IMG/VR virus record: IMGVR_UViG_3300020294_000003
Source of the DNA: an uncultured virus (IMG/VR IMGVR_UViG_3300020294_000003)
Lineage: Duplodnaviria > Heunggongvirae > Uroviricota > Caudoviricetes
DNA length: 20,000 nt
Reading direction: 5' to 3' (one strand)
Under the pieces are notes generated by a model, which was given only the letters and a program-made list of their open reading frames with translations, ran no database searches and was not told the DNA's origin. Made by a program: the position numbers and the translations under genes. Shown piece by piece: positions 1-9,174 of this stretch (the first letter of the stretch is position 1; each line of letters begins with the position of its first letter).

Positions 1-405
1 TAAATTTATTGCAGGATGTAAAAAAGTATCTTTAACATCTTGTAAACTCATTGCTTGAATATTGCCACTTGCGTTATAATATGCAGGCCAAGTTTTACCT
101 GTATCACCTGTTGGACTTACACTTGCAATTGATTGACTAATTTTATCATATGTAACCGTAACTACTGAAGGTTCTGCTGTAGATGATTCAGGAGGGAAAG
201 AACTATTAGTTTGTATCATAGCACCTGCCTGTAATCTAGTATCTGAAATAGAACCTAAATTACCACCTGAAGATACAACTGATAATGATACACTTGGATT
301 TAATGAATATTGATAAACGACTTGATCTACAATTTGATCCACCTCTGCTGAGGTCATCTCTTTGACGTTTCCACTATCGTTTTTTAAAGGTGATCTTACT
401 GCCAT
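1..405 (-). CDS. Putative virion structural protein, N-terminal 135 codons; runs off the left edge
   Basis: Not in the ORF track. ATG at 405 opens a frame with no stop down to base 1 (MAVRSPLKNDSGNVKEMTSAEVDQIVDQVVYQYSLNPSVSLSVV...FLHPAINL). S/T/V/G-rich like its neighbours, with a late-promoter variant at 424-431. Confidence 0.8.
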   Translation of the reverse strand, partial: MAVRSPLKNDSGNVKEMTSAEVDQIVDQVVYQYSLNPSVSLSVVSSGGNLGSISDTRLQAGAMIQTNSSFPPESSTAEPSVVTVTYDKISQSIASVSPTGDTGKTWPAYYNASGNIQAMSLQDVKDTFLHPAINL

Positions 406-423
406 AATATATTCTTTCTCATA

Positions 424-431
424 TACTTATA
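424..431 (-). promoter_or_regulatory. T4-type late promoter variant TATAAGTA
   Basis: One mismatch to TATAAATA, located in the 406-441 intergenic gap upstream of the ATG at 405. Confidence 0.55.
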
Positions 432-441
432 CGACTTCTAA

Positions 442-1311
442 TTATGCACCAGCGCCATATATTGATTTTAAAACTCCTCCAGATGAGTTTAGTATTTGTA
501 AGTTTACAACTGATTTAAGTTGATCTTGTCCTACAGCGTCATCAGCAATTTTAGCCTCACCAATAGAATCGTCTGCAAGATCACTTCCTGTTAATGTACC
601 AGGCGCAATCATTGTACTTGTTATTGTACCAGTATCGCCTGTTGTAATTACCGTACCAGTAATATCTGGAAGTGTAATTGTATTATTTGCTGTTGGGTCT
701 GTTGCAGTTACCGTAGTTTTAAATGTACCTGCAGTAGCACCATCAAACTCAACTGAACTATTGAAAAGAGGTACAGCGTCAAAAGTTAATGCCTTGCCAG
801 CTGCTGAAGAAGTAAATTTAGGTATACTAGACGCTTCAGCAATTGATAATAATCCACTACCTGTATCTAATTGACTAACTCTTAATGTATCTAAAACAGA
901 TAACATATTAGTATCAACTGATCTAATATTATTTCCACTAATTTCAACCGTTCCAAAAGTATGTGTAGAACCTAAAGCAGTTAAACTATTTGGTATAGTT
1001 ACATTATTAGGAAAAGAAAATTGAATTGTATCTTGCGGAGATACAACCGTCTGTATTTGATTAGCAGTACCTAAAACCGTTAAAGTATCACCACCACCAA
1101 CAATCTGTGTAGTTGAAGTATCATCAGCAATTGTCCACCCAGCAGTTGATGTTGCAATACTAATAGTTTCGTTCATAGCGTCAACTAAATTAGACGCACT
1201 AATAGAACCTGATAGGTTTGCAATATCACCGAATTGATTTGCTGATAAGTCGTTAAACTCCAGTCTAAATTGTTCTAGTGTATCTGTTTCTGCTATAAAT
1301 TTTACAGCCAT
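442..1311 (-). CDS. Tail fibre/whisker-like virion structural protein (289 aa)
   Basis: N-terminal DTLEQFRLEFNDL helix and a TATDPTANNTITLPDITGTVITTG segment of the kind seen in marine phage fibres. T/S/G-rich and inside the baseplate module. Confidence 0.65.
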   Translation of the reverse strand: MAVKFIAETDTLEQFRLEFNDLSANQFGDIANLSGSISASNLVDAMNETISIATSTAGWTIADDTSTTQIVGGGDTLTVLGTANQIQTVVSPQDTIQFSFPNNVTIPNSLTALGSTHTFGTVEISGNNIRSVDTNMLSVLDTLRVSQLDTGSGLLSIAEASSIPKFTSSAAGKALTFDAVPLFNSSVEFDGATAGTFKTTVTATDPTANNTITLPDITGTVITTGDTGTITSTMIAPGTLTGSDLADDSIGEAKIADDAVGQDQLKSVVNLQILNSSGGVLKSIYGAGA

Positions 1312-1532
1312 TATTTTTTACCTTTTAATATTAAATCTTTTATCTCTTTTAATTCTGCCTTTAAACTATTTATCTCCTTACAGACATTTCTTAATTTATC
1401 GCCTTGTGATTCTCTTTGTTTAACTCTTTGCATATAGATTTGATATTCAGTTTTATTATTTGAAATAATAGCATTAGAAGATGTATCTCTTACTATGTTT
1501 TCAAATCCTTCAACTTTTAAAAATCTACTCAT
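1311..1532 (-). CDS. Small conserved T4-like phage protein with a C-terminal coiled coil (73 aa)
   Basis: KVEGFENIVRDTSSNAIISN motif and heptad C-terminus resemble the small gene that follows DUF4815/VrlC in marine T4-like phages. ATG at 1532, just past the upstream stop, is preferred over the track's start at 1550. Confidence 0.75.
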   Translation of the reverse strand: MSRFLKVEGFENIVRDTSSNAIISNNKTEYQIYMQRVKQRESQGDKLRNVCKEINSLKAELKEIKDLILKGKK

Positions 1533-1533
1533 A

Positions 1534-4500
1534 TTATACCGCCAATGCAATTCCTCTCATATCTTTTATAACAGGTGCATATGCTGAGTTTGTTCCTTTC
1601 ATAACAATTTTAATTTGAAATGCAGTAAACTCATTTAATCCTGATACAGAATATTTGTATTCTTTAAATGTTTCATTATCTTCAGCAGGTGTAACCGTTG
1701 TATCCGAAGTACCTGTTGTGTTAAATGGAATCCAACTTAAATCGTTTATATTTCTTGCCTCTTCGGAAGATGTTGTTCTAAAATAAACTTCTACACTTGA
1801 AGTTGATCTTATATTAGAAGTTAATCTTACGTCAATAGCAGTAGATAAATTTTCTAGTATAACTGGTTTAGTTAAGTATGAAGCAGCAGATGATGTACCA
1901 ACATTAGTTGTATCTGAAACATAATTAACATCACTTACACTCGGTTGATTTATTCTGTTTTGAATTGTAAATGCACTAACTCTTTGTAAATCTATAACAG
2001 GAGAAACTTTTGTATTTGAAGTTGACATAACACAATTTACAAATAAAGATTTATTTCCTGTCATTTCATTTGTTTCATTTATAGAACTTGCAACCATTTG
2101 AGGTGCTGTAAAATAAATGTTGTCATTTGCAATAACATTTTCAGCACTACCTGAACTTGTTAAACTAAATTCTGATTCACTTCCACTTATTGATCTACCT
2201 GTTGTAGGTCTTATTGTATAAGAAATATTTGTTCCTGCAACGGTCATAGTTTGTAAACTTAAATTTAATACATCATATAATCTGTTTTGTGTTGCTGTTA
2301 CAGCATTTGAACCAATATCACCTGATTGACTAGGATTTACAATTGATCCTGTGAAAGAAGTATTATGTGATGGATTAATATCGTAACTATCTAAAGTTAC
2401 GTTTGAAATTTGAGTGTATGTTCCGTTAATTTGATCGGCACTTAATCCGTTTAAAGCACCACCTGTAGGAACTCCTCCGATAGTTACATTATTACTTGTA
2501 CCGTGCATACCGTGGTTAGGATGTGATACTCTTAAAGTTGCCGAACTATCTGACAATGTTCTAATAGGATTATTTTTAAGTGTCTTAACAGGCAAACTTT
2601 CATTTACTAAAGTAGCAGTACCAGTTACATTACTAAATTCTGCTCTTTTAATTTTAAATTTAACATCTTCGTTTTGTTCAGCAGTCCAAGTTGAACCGTT
2701 TTGTGATTTAAACATAACACCTGCATAAGGTTGTTGAGATATTGTTCTATCAGAACCTAATACTTTTTCACCTAGTCTTCCAACATAAGCAGTATAGTTA
2801 TTTGAGTTTGCTAATAATACAAAACAATATTCTGTATTCTCTTGTATGTAAACAGGAGAATCAAATGTAAATGTTGTTGCAGTTGTACCATCTGTACTTG
2901 TATTTACAGCACTAGGATTTAAAGTCTTTTCTGAAAAAGGTAATATTACTGATCCAGGATAACCATTTACAACTTCTCTTATTTGTAAAGTTATAGGTAT
3001 ATTTGAATCTTTACTTCCAAAATACATATCCATTGATGTTAAGAATACACCACCGACATCATCTATTAAGAAAGTTTGTGCTAATGGATCAGTCCAACCA
3101 ATTGTTCTTGTTGATGATCTAGTTGACGTTCTAGTAATTGATCTAGTTTCGCTTGTATCTGTTCTAACAAGTTGTGGTTCTCTTGTTGAAATAATTGTAT
3201 TTTGTACCGTTTCTAAAATACCTCTAGCAACATAATCTGTTTCTGCTGAAGTTTCAACATCATTTCTACTATCATTTTGATTACTAGTTAATCTGAATAC
3301 TCTTGTACCTGTTCTCCATCTAGGATTTGAGTTGTCTGCAGGATCAGGTATTGTAAATGTACCTGATACAGAACCATTATTATCTGTATCTAAATTTGCA
3401 CCAGATGATGGAGTTACATAAGTGGATATATTAACATCATCAAAAAAAGCATAAACTCTAGTATTAGGTTTCATTCTAGTACCAGTAAATGATAATGTTC
3501 TACTTCTTATAAACGGAACAAATGCAACATTAACTATTCTATCACCAATATTATTTCTAACCGTTTGAGGAACTAATCTTTGTCTTACACCTGTTCTAGT
3601 TTGATTAACTTGTTGAGAAGATGTAATTTCTGTATTTCTAAAAATTCTTCTACCACTTCTTTGATTACCTGAAACATCTCTACTTGAAACATCTCTTGGA
3701 GTACCTGTCCAAAAATCTTGCCAATCATTCCATATTGATCCTATTTCTATACCTTGATTTTGTTGACTTTGAGGTAAACCTGAAACTAAACTATCAAATG
3801 CACCTGTATTATTAATAACTAATTGTGGTGCTCTATTTGTTTCTTTCCACTCGTCTGATGGTGGTGTTAATTCAATAGTACCTGACCAATTAAATACGTC
3901 AAATGGATTAACATTAACCGTTTTACTTGCAAAAGGTTGATCTATTAAAGTTGTTTCTGTATATGGTAAAGTTAAACAATCTCCAGTCTTTTGATAACTT
4001 GCAGCCGTTCTATCTGCTGATAATATAGCAGTACCGTCTTCGTCTGCCTCAATTAATTTAACAGCGTCTTCATTAAAAGTAGGTCTTAATTGACCTTGCG
4101 CCATATCCATTGCCGCTTTGTAATCTCTATTTTTAGGATCACCTACACCGTGACCTGTAAAGTTATCTACAATAAATCCGTTTTTAAATCTATCAAAACC
4201 AGCAGCGTCTTGTATTTGTAAATTCTGTGCCTGTGTTTCTAGTAAAGATAATTGAGTATAGTATTCTACGTTTTCAATTCTACTTTCTAGTTTACCAATA
4301 TCTCTCATTGTATATCTTCTATTATCAACTTGTGTAATTTTTATATCGTCTGTTGATAAAGTGTAAGCAGGAATATCTAAAGTGTATAGGTGCATTGCGC
4401 CATCTAAAGTTTTAGGAACTTGTGGATCTAAAGCACTTGCACCTTTTACTACTTTAAATGCACCTTCTTTATCTAAAAATATTTTATCTATTCTAGGTAA

Positions 4501-7500
4501 GTAATACTCAAAGTCAGTAGTTATATCTGTTCCAAATTTAACAACATCTAAAACAGAAGCGTTTTGACCTGTATCAAAATCTCTATCAAATTCACCTGCA
4601 TTTATAGTTGAGTTATCTGCAACTCTAGGTCTAAAATCTAAACAATCTCTTAACTCAAAAGTTTTACCTGTTGTATCTGAACTATAACTAGGTATATTTG
4701 CATAATCTACAACTCCTGTATAAGAGTCAACATCAAAGTAATCTCCAGAACCGTGAGTAAAGAAATCAAACATAATTCTTAATGAACCTGTTGGTTCTAA
4801 CTCACCTGTTTTTAATTTAATTCTACCTTGATCGTAATAGTTATCTCTTTGTCCGTTATCTAATTCGTATCTTTCTGTAATATCAACTTCACCTGAGGTA
4901 CTATAAGCACCAAAAGAAGTTGCCATTTTAACACTTGTTAATTGATAAATGTCTGCCTTACTTAAATTTATTCCGCCTTGTTTAATACAATCTGCTAAAG
5001 AAGTTACATCTTTAGTAGAACCAGAAACTAAAGTTTTTGATTTAGAACCAGCAGTTGATCTATTTACGGTTGCAATTATTTTTATTTTTGCGTTGGCATA
5101 ATTAGAACCAAAATCAAATACACTTGTTCCATTACCTGATGGTTGAGTAAATATAGGATTACCATCGTGGTTATTTCCTATTGTAGTTAATACATCTCCA
5201 GTAGCACCAGCAGTTGCACTTCCAACATCATCTATTGCAATTAAATAATCTGAATCACTTGCACTAGAAGGAAATGATTCATTTGTTCCTGCAGTAATCT
5301 GACCAGAACCACCTGATAAAGTTACAACGAATGCTCTTCTAACAGCAAAACTTGTATCTGTAATATTTGAATTACTAGCAGTTTTTAATGTTTTAATATT
5401 ATCATATGGTAATTTAAATATAGAAATGTTTTTGTTTGAGTCTTGTAATTTTGCTCTTCGTCTTGTTGCAACGGTTTTAGTTGAAGCGGCAGCAACATTA
5501 GAACCTAAAGTTAAACTATTATCTGAAATAATTGCTTCTATTCTTTTTACTTCAGTTGTACCACTATCGTTTGTAAATGAAATAGAATCACCTATTTTTA
5601 ATTCAGTTGTAAATCTTGTATTAACACCTGTTACAGCATCACTACCATTTGCAATATCTAATTGACCAGAGATTACAACATTTTCTCCATCTGTATCTAA
5701 AGAAGTATCTGAACTATAAGTTGCTGTTCCTGGTCCATAAACTTGTTTAACAGATGAGAAGTCCCAACTTCTTACACCTTTAAATCCTACAGCGTCTGAT
5801 TGTATAGTTGCGTCTAAAGTAGAAACAGCACCTCTAATAACTTCTCCAGAAGTAAATTCTCCATTAACACTTGAAACAACTACAACTCCGTGTAAAGCAT
5901 TACCTGAAGATGTATATTGATTTATATTTGTAGGTGTTACACCATCTGCTCTGTATAATTCAAAATCGTTTGTATTTGGATTTCTTACCGTAAATACATC
6001 ACTAGTTGTTATTGAAACCGTTTGATCTTGTGCTGATATAGCACTAAATTTTATTTGTTGTCCTTCTTTAAATCCGTGAGCAGTTGCACTTGCAACACCT
6101 GGACTTGCAATTGAAATAGATGAAACTGCTTTTGCTGAAATAGTTGAAGCGTCCTCTACCGTAGCAGTAGCACCTGAATTATCTCCTGTTATTTTTTCAC
6201 CTTTTGTAAATTGAACATTACTATTAATGTTCAAGTGTGTAAACATATTAATATCAAATAGATAATGTTTAAATACACTTGTTGTTAATCCTGCACTAGA
6301 ATAAATGTTTGCAGTTGCAGTACCAGATTTATATTCAAAACCTTTTGTTTTAGCACGACCTATTGTATAGATACTTGCTTCTGATCCTGTGTTACCTGTA
6401 CCACGAACAGCAGTTGGTTCACTATATAAATGTAAATTTCTAAATGCTAATGTTTCACCTGGAACAGCACCATAGTCTGGTGTATTAAAAACATTAGTTA
6501 CATTAACAAAGTTACCTACATCAAATCTTGTAGGGAAAGCATTTTGATTATTAAAATCTCTTGCCTTATCTACATCAACATATCTAGTACCGATAGTTTC
6601 AATTTCATATCCACGTACATATGCTTTACCTGGTGCAAGACCAGCAGCAATTTTACTTTCTGATCCACCATTAGCGGCAGTATAAATTCCTCTATTGTTT
6701 GCTGATATTAAATGTTCTCTTAAATCTAAATCAAAACCTCTTATAGAATAATCACCTGACTCGTCATATGTTCTACGAGCAAAAGTATCTTCTAATACAG
6801 CGTATTCAGTTGTTCTAACTTGATTTTGTAATATACCTTGATTTAATCTTAATAACTCTACAAAGTTTGCGTCATCTGTAGCACCAATAGCTTTTTTAGT
6901 TAATGTTAAATCTATTTTAAATCTATGAGCACCTGGAGCGTTTGTATTTGAAACACCTTGAGCATTATCATTTAAAGTATTATCTTGTGTAGGAGTTACA
7001 AAAGATTCTGTAACTAATAAACCTACTCTATAACTAGGTGTGTTTGAATATTTGTCTAAAACTATTGTTTGTTCAGAAACGGTTACTAAAAATCCGTTTA
7101 TGTAATATGATCCTGCATTTACTTGAGCAGCAGCACCTGTAGCAGTTGTATTTACAATTGCAGTTACAGCAGTACCATCACTATTTGTTCCTGTGATTGT
7201 TTCTCCATCAGAAAATGCAAATTGATTTTTATTTGTTCCACCTGACTTACTATATTTTACAAATAAAGTATCTGGATCTGTTCCGTCTGTAGCAACTTTA
7301 TTAATAATTGTTGCAGTTATACCTGAAACTGATCCTGTTAATTCTGTACCGTTTGTGAAATGTGAAAAAGTATTTGTACTATCAATACTTGAAAGTTTTA
7401 CAGCATAGTAATTTAAATCAAAACCAATCTCACCTGGTATGACCATTGCACCTTTTTCAAAGAAATGGTCACCTAATTTTTCAATCTGATCTTGTAAGAT

Positions 7501-7629
7501 TGTTTGTGATTGTGTTAACTCTCTTGCCTGAACAGCAAATGCTGGTCTAAAAAGTATTCTATGAAACTTCTTTGATTCCGCAAAGTCATCATAGTAAGGC
7601 GAGAGGTTAAAGTCTGTTGGACTTGACAT
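1534..7629 (-). CDS. Large baseplate/virion structural protein, DUF4815 / VrlC-like (2031 aa)
   Basis: Family motifs SPYYDDF...FHRILFRP...VQARELTQSQTILQ, APGAHRFKIDL, RRTYDESGDY, RRYTMRDIGKLE, DRFKNGFIVDNF, DPLAQTF and FKSQNGSTWTA. Confidence 0.9.
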   Translation of the reverse strand: MSSPTDFNLSPYYDDFAESKKFHRILFRPAFAVQARELTQSQTILQDQIEKLGDHFFEKGAMVIPGEIGFDLNYYAVKLSSIDSTNTFSHFTNGTELTGSVSGITATIINKVATDGTDPDTLFVKYSKSGGTNKNQFAFSDGETITGTNSDGTAVTAIVNTTATGAAAQVNAGSYYINGFLVTVSEQTIVLDKYSNTPSYRVGLLVTESFVTPTQDNTLNDNAQGVSNTNAPGAHRFKIDLTLTKKAIGATDDANFVELLRLNQGILQNQVRTTEYAVLEDTFARRTYDESGDYSIRGFDLDLREHLISANNRGIYTAANGGSESKIAAGLAPGKAYVRGYEIETIGTRYVDVDKARDFNNQNAFPTRFDVGNFVNVTNVFNTPDYGAVPGETLAFRNLHLYSEPTAVRGTGNTGSEASIYTIGRAKTKGFEYKSGTATANIYSSAGLTTSVFKHYLFDINMFTHLNINSNVQFTKGEKITGDNSGATATVEDASTISAKAVSSISIASPGVASATAHGFKEGQQIKFSAISAQDQTVSITTSDVFTVRNPNTNDFELYRADGVTPTNINQYTSSGNALHGVVVVSSVNGEFTSGEVIRGAVSTLDATIQSDAVGFKGVRSWDFSSVKQVYGPGTATYSSDTSLDTDGENVVISGQLDIANGSDAVTGVNTRFTTELKIGDSISFTNDSGTTEVKRIEAIISDNSLTLGSNVAAASTKTVATRRRAKLQDSNKNISIFKLPYDNIKTLKTASNSNITDTSFAVRRAFVVTLSGGSGQITAGTNESFPSSASDSDYLIAIDDVGSATAGATGDVLTTIGNNHDGNPIFTQPSGNGTSVFDFGSNYANAKIKIIATVNRSTAGSKSKTLVSGSTKDVTSLADCIKQGGINLSKADIYQLTSVKMATSFGAYSTSGEVDITERYELDNGQRDNYYDQGRIKLKTGELEPTGSLRIMFDFFTHGSGDYFDVDSYTGVVDYANIPSYSSDTTGKTFELRDCLDFRPRVADNSTINAGEFDRDFDTGQNASVLDVVKFGTDITTDFEYYLPRIDKIFLDKEGAFKVVKGASALDPQVPKTLDGAMHLYTLDIPAYTLSTDDIKITQVDNRRYTMRDIGKLESRIENVEYYTQLSLLETQAQNLQIQDAAGFDRFKNGFIVDNFTGHGVGDPKNRDYKAAMDMAQGQLRPTFNEDAVKLIEADEDGTAILSADRTAASYQKTGDCLTLPYTETTLIDQPFASKTVNVNPFDVFNWSGTIELTPPSDEWKETNRAPQLVINNTGAFDSLVSGLPQSQQNQGIEIGSIWNDWQDFWTGTPRDVSSRDVSGNQRSGRRIFRNTEITSSQQVNQTRTGVRQRLVPQTVRNNIGDRIVNVAFVPFIRSRTLSFTGTRMKPNTRVYAFFDDVNISTYVTPSSGANLDTDNNGSVSGTFTIPDPADNSNPRWRTGTRVFRLTSNQNDSRNDVETSAETDYVARGILETVQNTIISTREPQLVRTDTSETRSITRTSTRSSTRTIGWTDPLAQTFLIDDVGGVFLTSMDMYFGSKDSNIPITLQIREVVNGYPGSVILPFSEKTLNPSAVNTSTDGTTATTFTFDSPVYIQENTEYCFVLLANSNNYTAYVGRLGEKVLGSDRTISQQPYAGVMFKSQNGSTWTAEQNEDVKFKIKRAEFSNVTGTATLVNESLPVKTLKNNPIRTLSDSSATLRVSHPNHGMHGTSNNVTIGGVPTGGALNGLSADQINGTYTQISNVTLDSYDINPSHNTSFTGSIVNPSQSGDIGSNAVTATQNRLYDVLNLSLQTMTVAGTNISYTIRPTTGRSISGSESEFSLTSSGSAENVIANDNIYFTAPQMVASSINETNEMTGNKSLFVNCVMSTSNTKVSPVIDLQRVSAFTIQNRINQPSVSDVNYVSDTTNVGTSSAASYLTKPVILENLSTAIDVRLTSNIRSTSSVEVYFRTTSSEEARNINDLSWIPFNTTGTSDTTVTPAEDNETFKEYKYSVSGLNEFTAFQIKIVMKGTNSAYAPVIKDMRGIALAV

Positions 7630-7640
7630 TTAATTACCCC

Positions 7641-9137
7641 TTAAAATTCTATGACCAGTTTAATGTTTTCCGTTTGGTCTGGTGCCCTTTGTATCGGTGT
7701 TCTATTTTCAATATAAAGTACATCGCCAGTATCGTGGTCTATTTCAGGAACTGAATATCCTGAAGTAAATGAAACATTGTTAACCGTTCCTGTTGATGAA
7801 GTGTCAGGTGTTCCTGTAGGAGCACTACCACCTTGACCTGTAATAACATTAGCACCTGAAAACGCAGTTAGGTTTCCGTCTGCGTCAACACCAGCGTCAT
7901 TATGCCTTGTTTGTATGTAGTATAAAATTTTGTTTGTTGCGTCCCACTCTACAACTTTACCGACAGCACCTGTTGTTGCCTGATTAATTTCTTCGTCAAC
8001 CGTAAAAGTACCTGGTGTAGGAGAAGTAGCAATTTTAATTGCCTTTGTTAATCTAGCAGTATTACCAGTTACAGCAGAATTGGATTTTGTTGGATCTCTT
8101 AATAATGCAATTTTTCTAAAATCGTTTACAGCAGAAAAGTCACCAGAGTTTGCTGATTCTGTTCCTTCTAAACTTGTATTCATCATTACAAAGAAAGCAC
8201 CTAATTCTTCTTGTGCATTTGCACCGTGTCCACCTTTAGGTGGAATAATTACATCTAATTCAGAACCTGCTAAGTTAGTTGCACCAGCGGCAACTATTTG
8301 AGCATTACTGATTGTTGCAAAAGTATATCCTGTTCCTGGAGTAGTTACGGTTACTGAAGTTACTTGTCCACCACCGACTACTACCGTAGCAACACCACCA
8401 GAACCATCTCCTCTTATTTGTATTCCTGTAAATGTTCCGTTAGTACCACCTGATCCACCTGCCTTAATATTAACTATATCAATTCCTCCATCTACAGCAG
8501 CAGAAATAACATTTGATTGATCTGCCCCTGGACTAGAGTTTGGCGAAACTGCCATAAAATCTGTTGATAAGAAATTTGCTTGTTGAGCAGCAGAAAGTGT
8601 GTACATAAATTTCCATTTATATGAGTCAGTAGTTGTAATTACTGAAGTTGATACACCAGTTGGTTCGTCTGTTGAAACAGCACCACCATTGTTATCTAAA
8701 CATTTATATACGTTTCTTGCTGAAGATAATACGTAAAAAGTAGAATCAAATAAAGTTGTTGAACCACTATTTGATGTTTTTCTTACACTTGTTGATCCTG
8801 TTGTATATTCTCCGTAGTCGTGTCTGTAAGTATCGTAAACAACACCTGAAGTCCAGTTTCTTCTTGGTATTACAAAAGCAACATCTGAAGATTGTACTCT
8901 TTTAGCAGCAACTAAATCGTCAAAAGTATAAAATTCTCTACCTGTTGAATCAGCAGGTGTATTTGGTAATGCGTCTGTACCTTCGTAATCTGTTCTTCCG
9001 TCTGGTCTTGTTAAAGTACCAAAAGGTTGTGGTCTTCCAATACCTAGATAATAGACGTTGTTTGCTGTTTCAGAAAATGATTCTGCAAATTGTTCAGCGT
9101 TGTTTAATCTAAATTTATTTGTTATAATTGCTGGCAT
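7641..9137 (-). CDS. gp8: Baseplate wedge subunit, T4 gp8-like (498 aa)
   Basis: MPAIITNKFR start, VIPRRNW, VYKCLDNNGG, DSYKWKFMY, IPPKGGHG and C-terminal YIENRTPIQRAPDQTENIKLVIEF, all typical of gp8 in marine T4-like phages. Confidence 0.92.
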   Translation of the reverse strand: MPAIITNKFRLNNAEQFAESFSETANNVYYLGIGRPQPFGTLTRPDGRTDYEGTDALPNTPADSTGREFYTFDDLVAAKRVQSSDVAFVIPRRNWTSGVVYDTYRHDYGEYTTGSTSVRKTSNSGSTTLFDSTFYVLSSARNVYKCLDNNGGAVSTDEPTGVSTSVITTTDSYKWKFMYTLSAAQQANFLSTDFMAVSPNSSPGADQSNVISAAVDGGIDIVNIKAGGSGGTNGTFTGIQIRGDGSGGVATVVVGGGQVTSVTVTTPGTGYTFATISNAQIVAAGATNLAGSELDVIIPPKGGHGANAQEELGAFFVMMNTSLEGTESANSGDFSAVNDFRKIALLRDPTKSNSAVTGNTARLTKAIKIATSPTPGTFTVDEEINQATTGAVGKVVEWDATNKILYYIQTRHNDAGVDADGNLTAFSGANVITGQGGSAPTGTPDTSSTGTVNNVSFTSGYSVPEIDHDTGDVLYIENRTPIQRAPDQTENIKLVIEF

Positions 9138-9156
9138 AATTCCTAATTCTTTCTTA

Positions 9157-9164
9157 TATTTATA
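9157..9164 (-). promoter_or_regulatory. T4-type late promoter TATAAATA upstream of gp8
   Basis: Exact match, intergenic. Confidence 0.8.
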
Positions 9165-9174
9165 CTACTTTTCA

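Noticed and set aside
5426..5665. Plus-strand 79-aa ORF
   Set aside because: Antisense shadow inside the DUF4815 gene, with no RBS or recognisable motif.
8080..8301. Plus-strand 73-aa ORF
   Set aside because: Antisense to gp8; non-ATG start and shadow-like composition.
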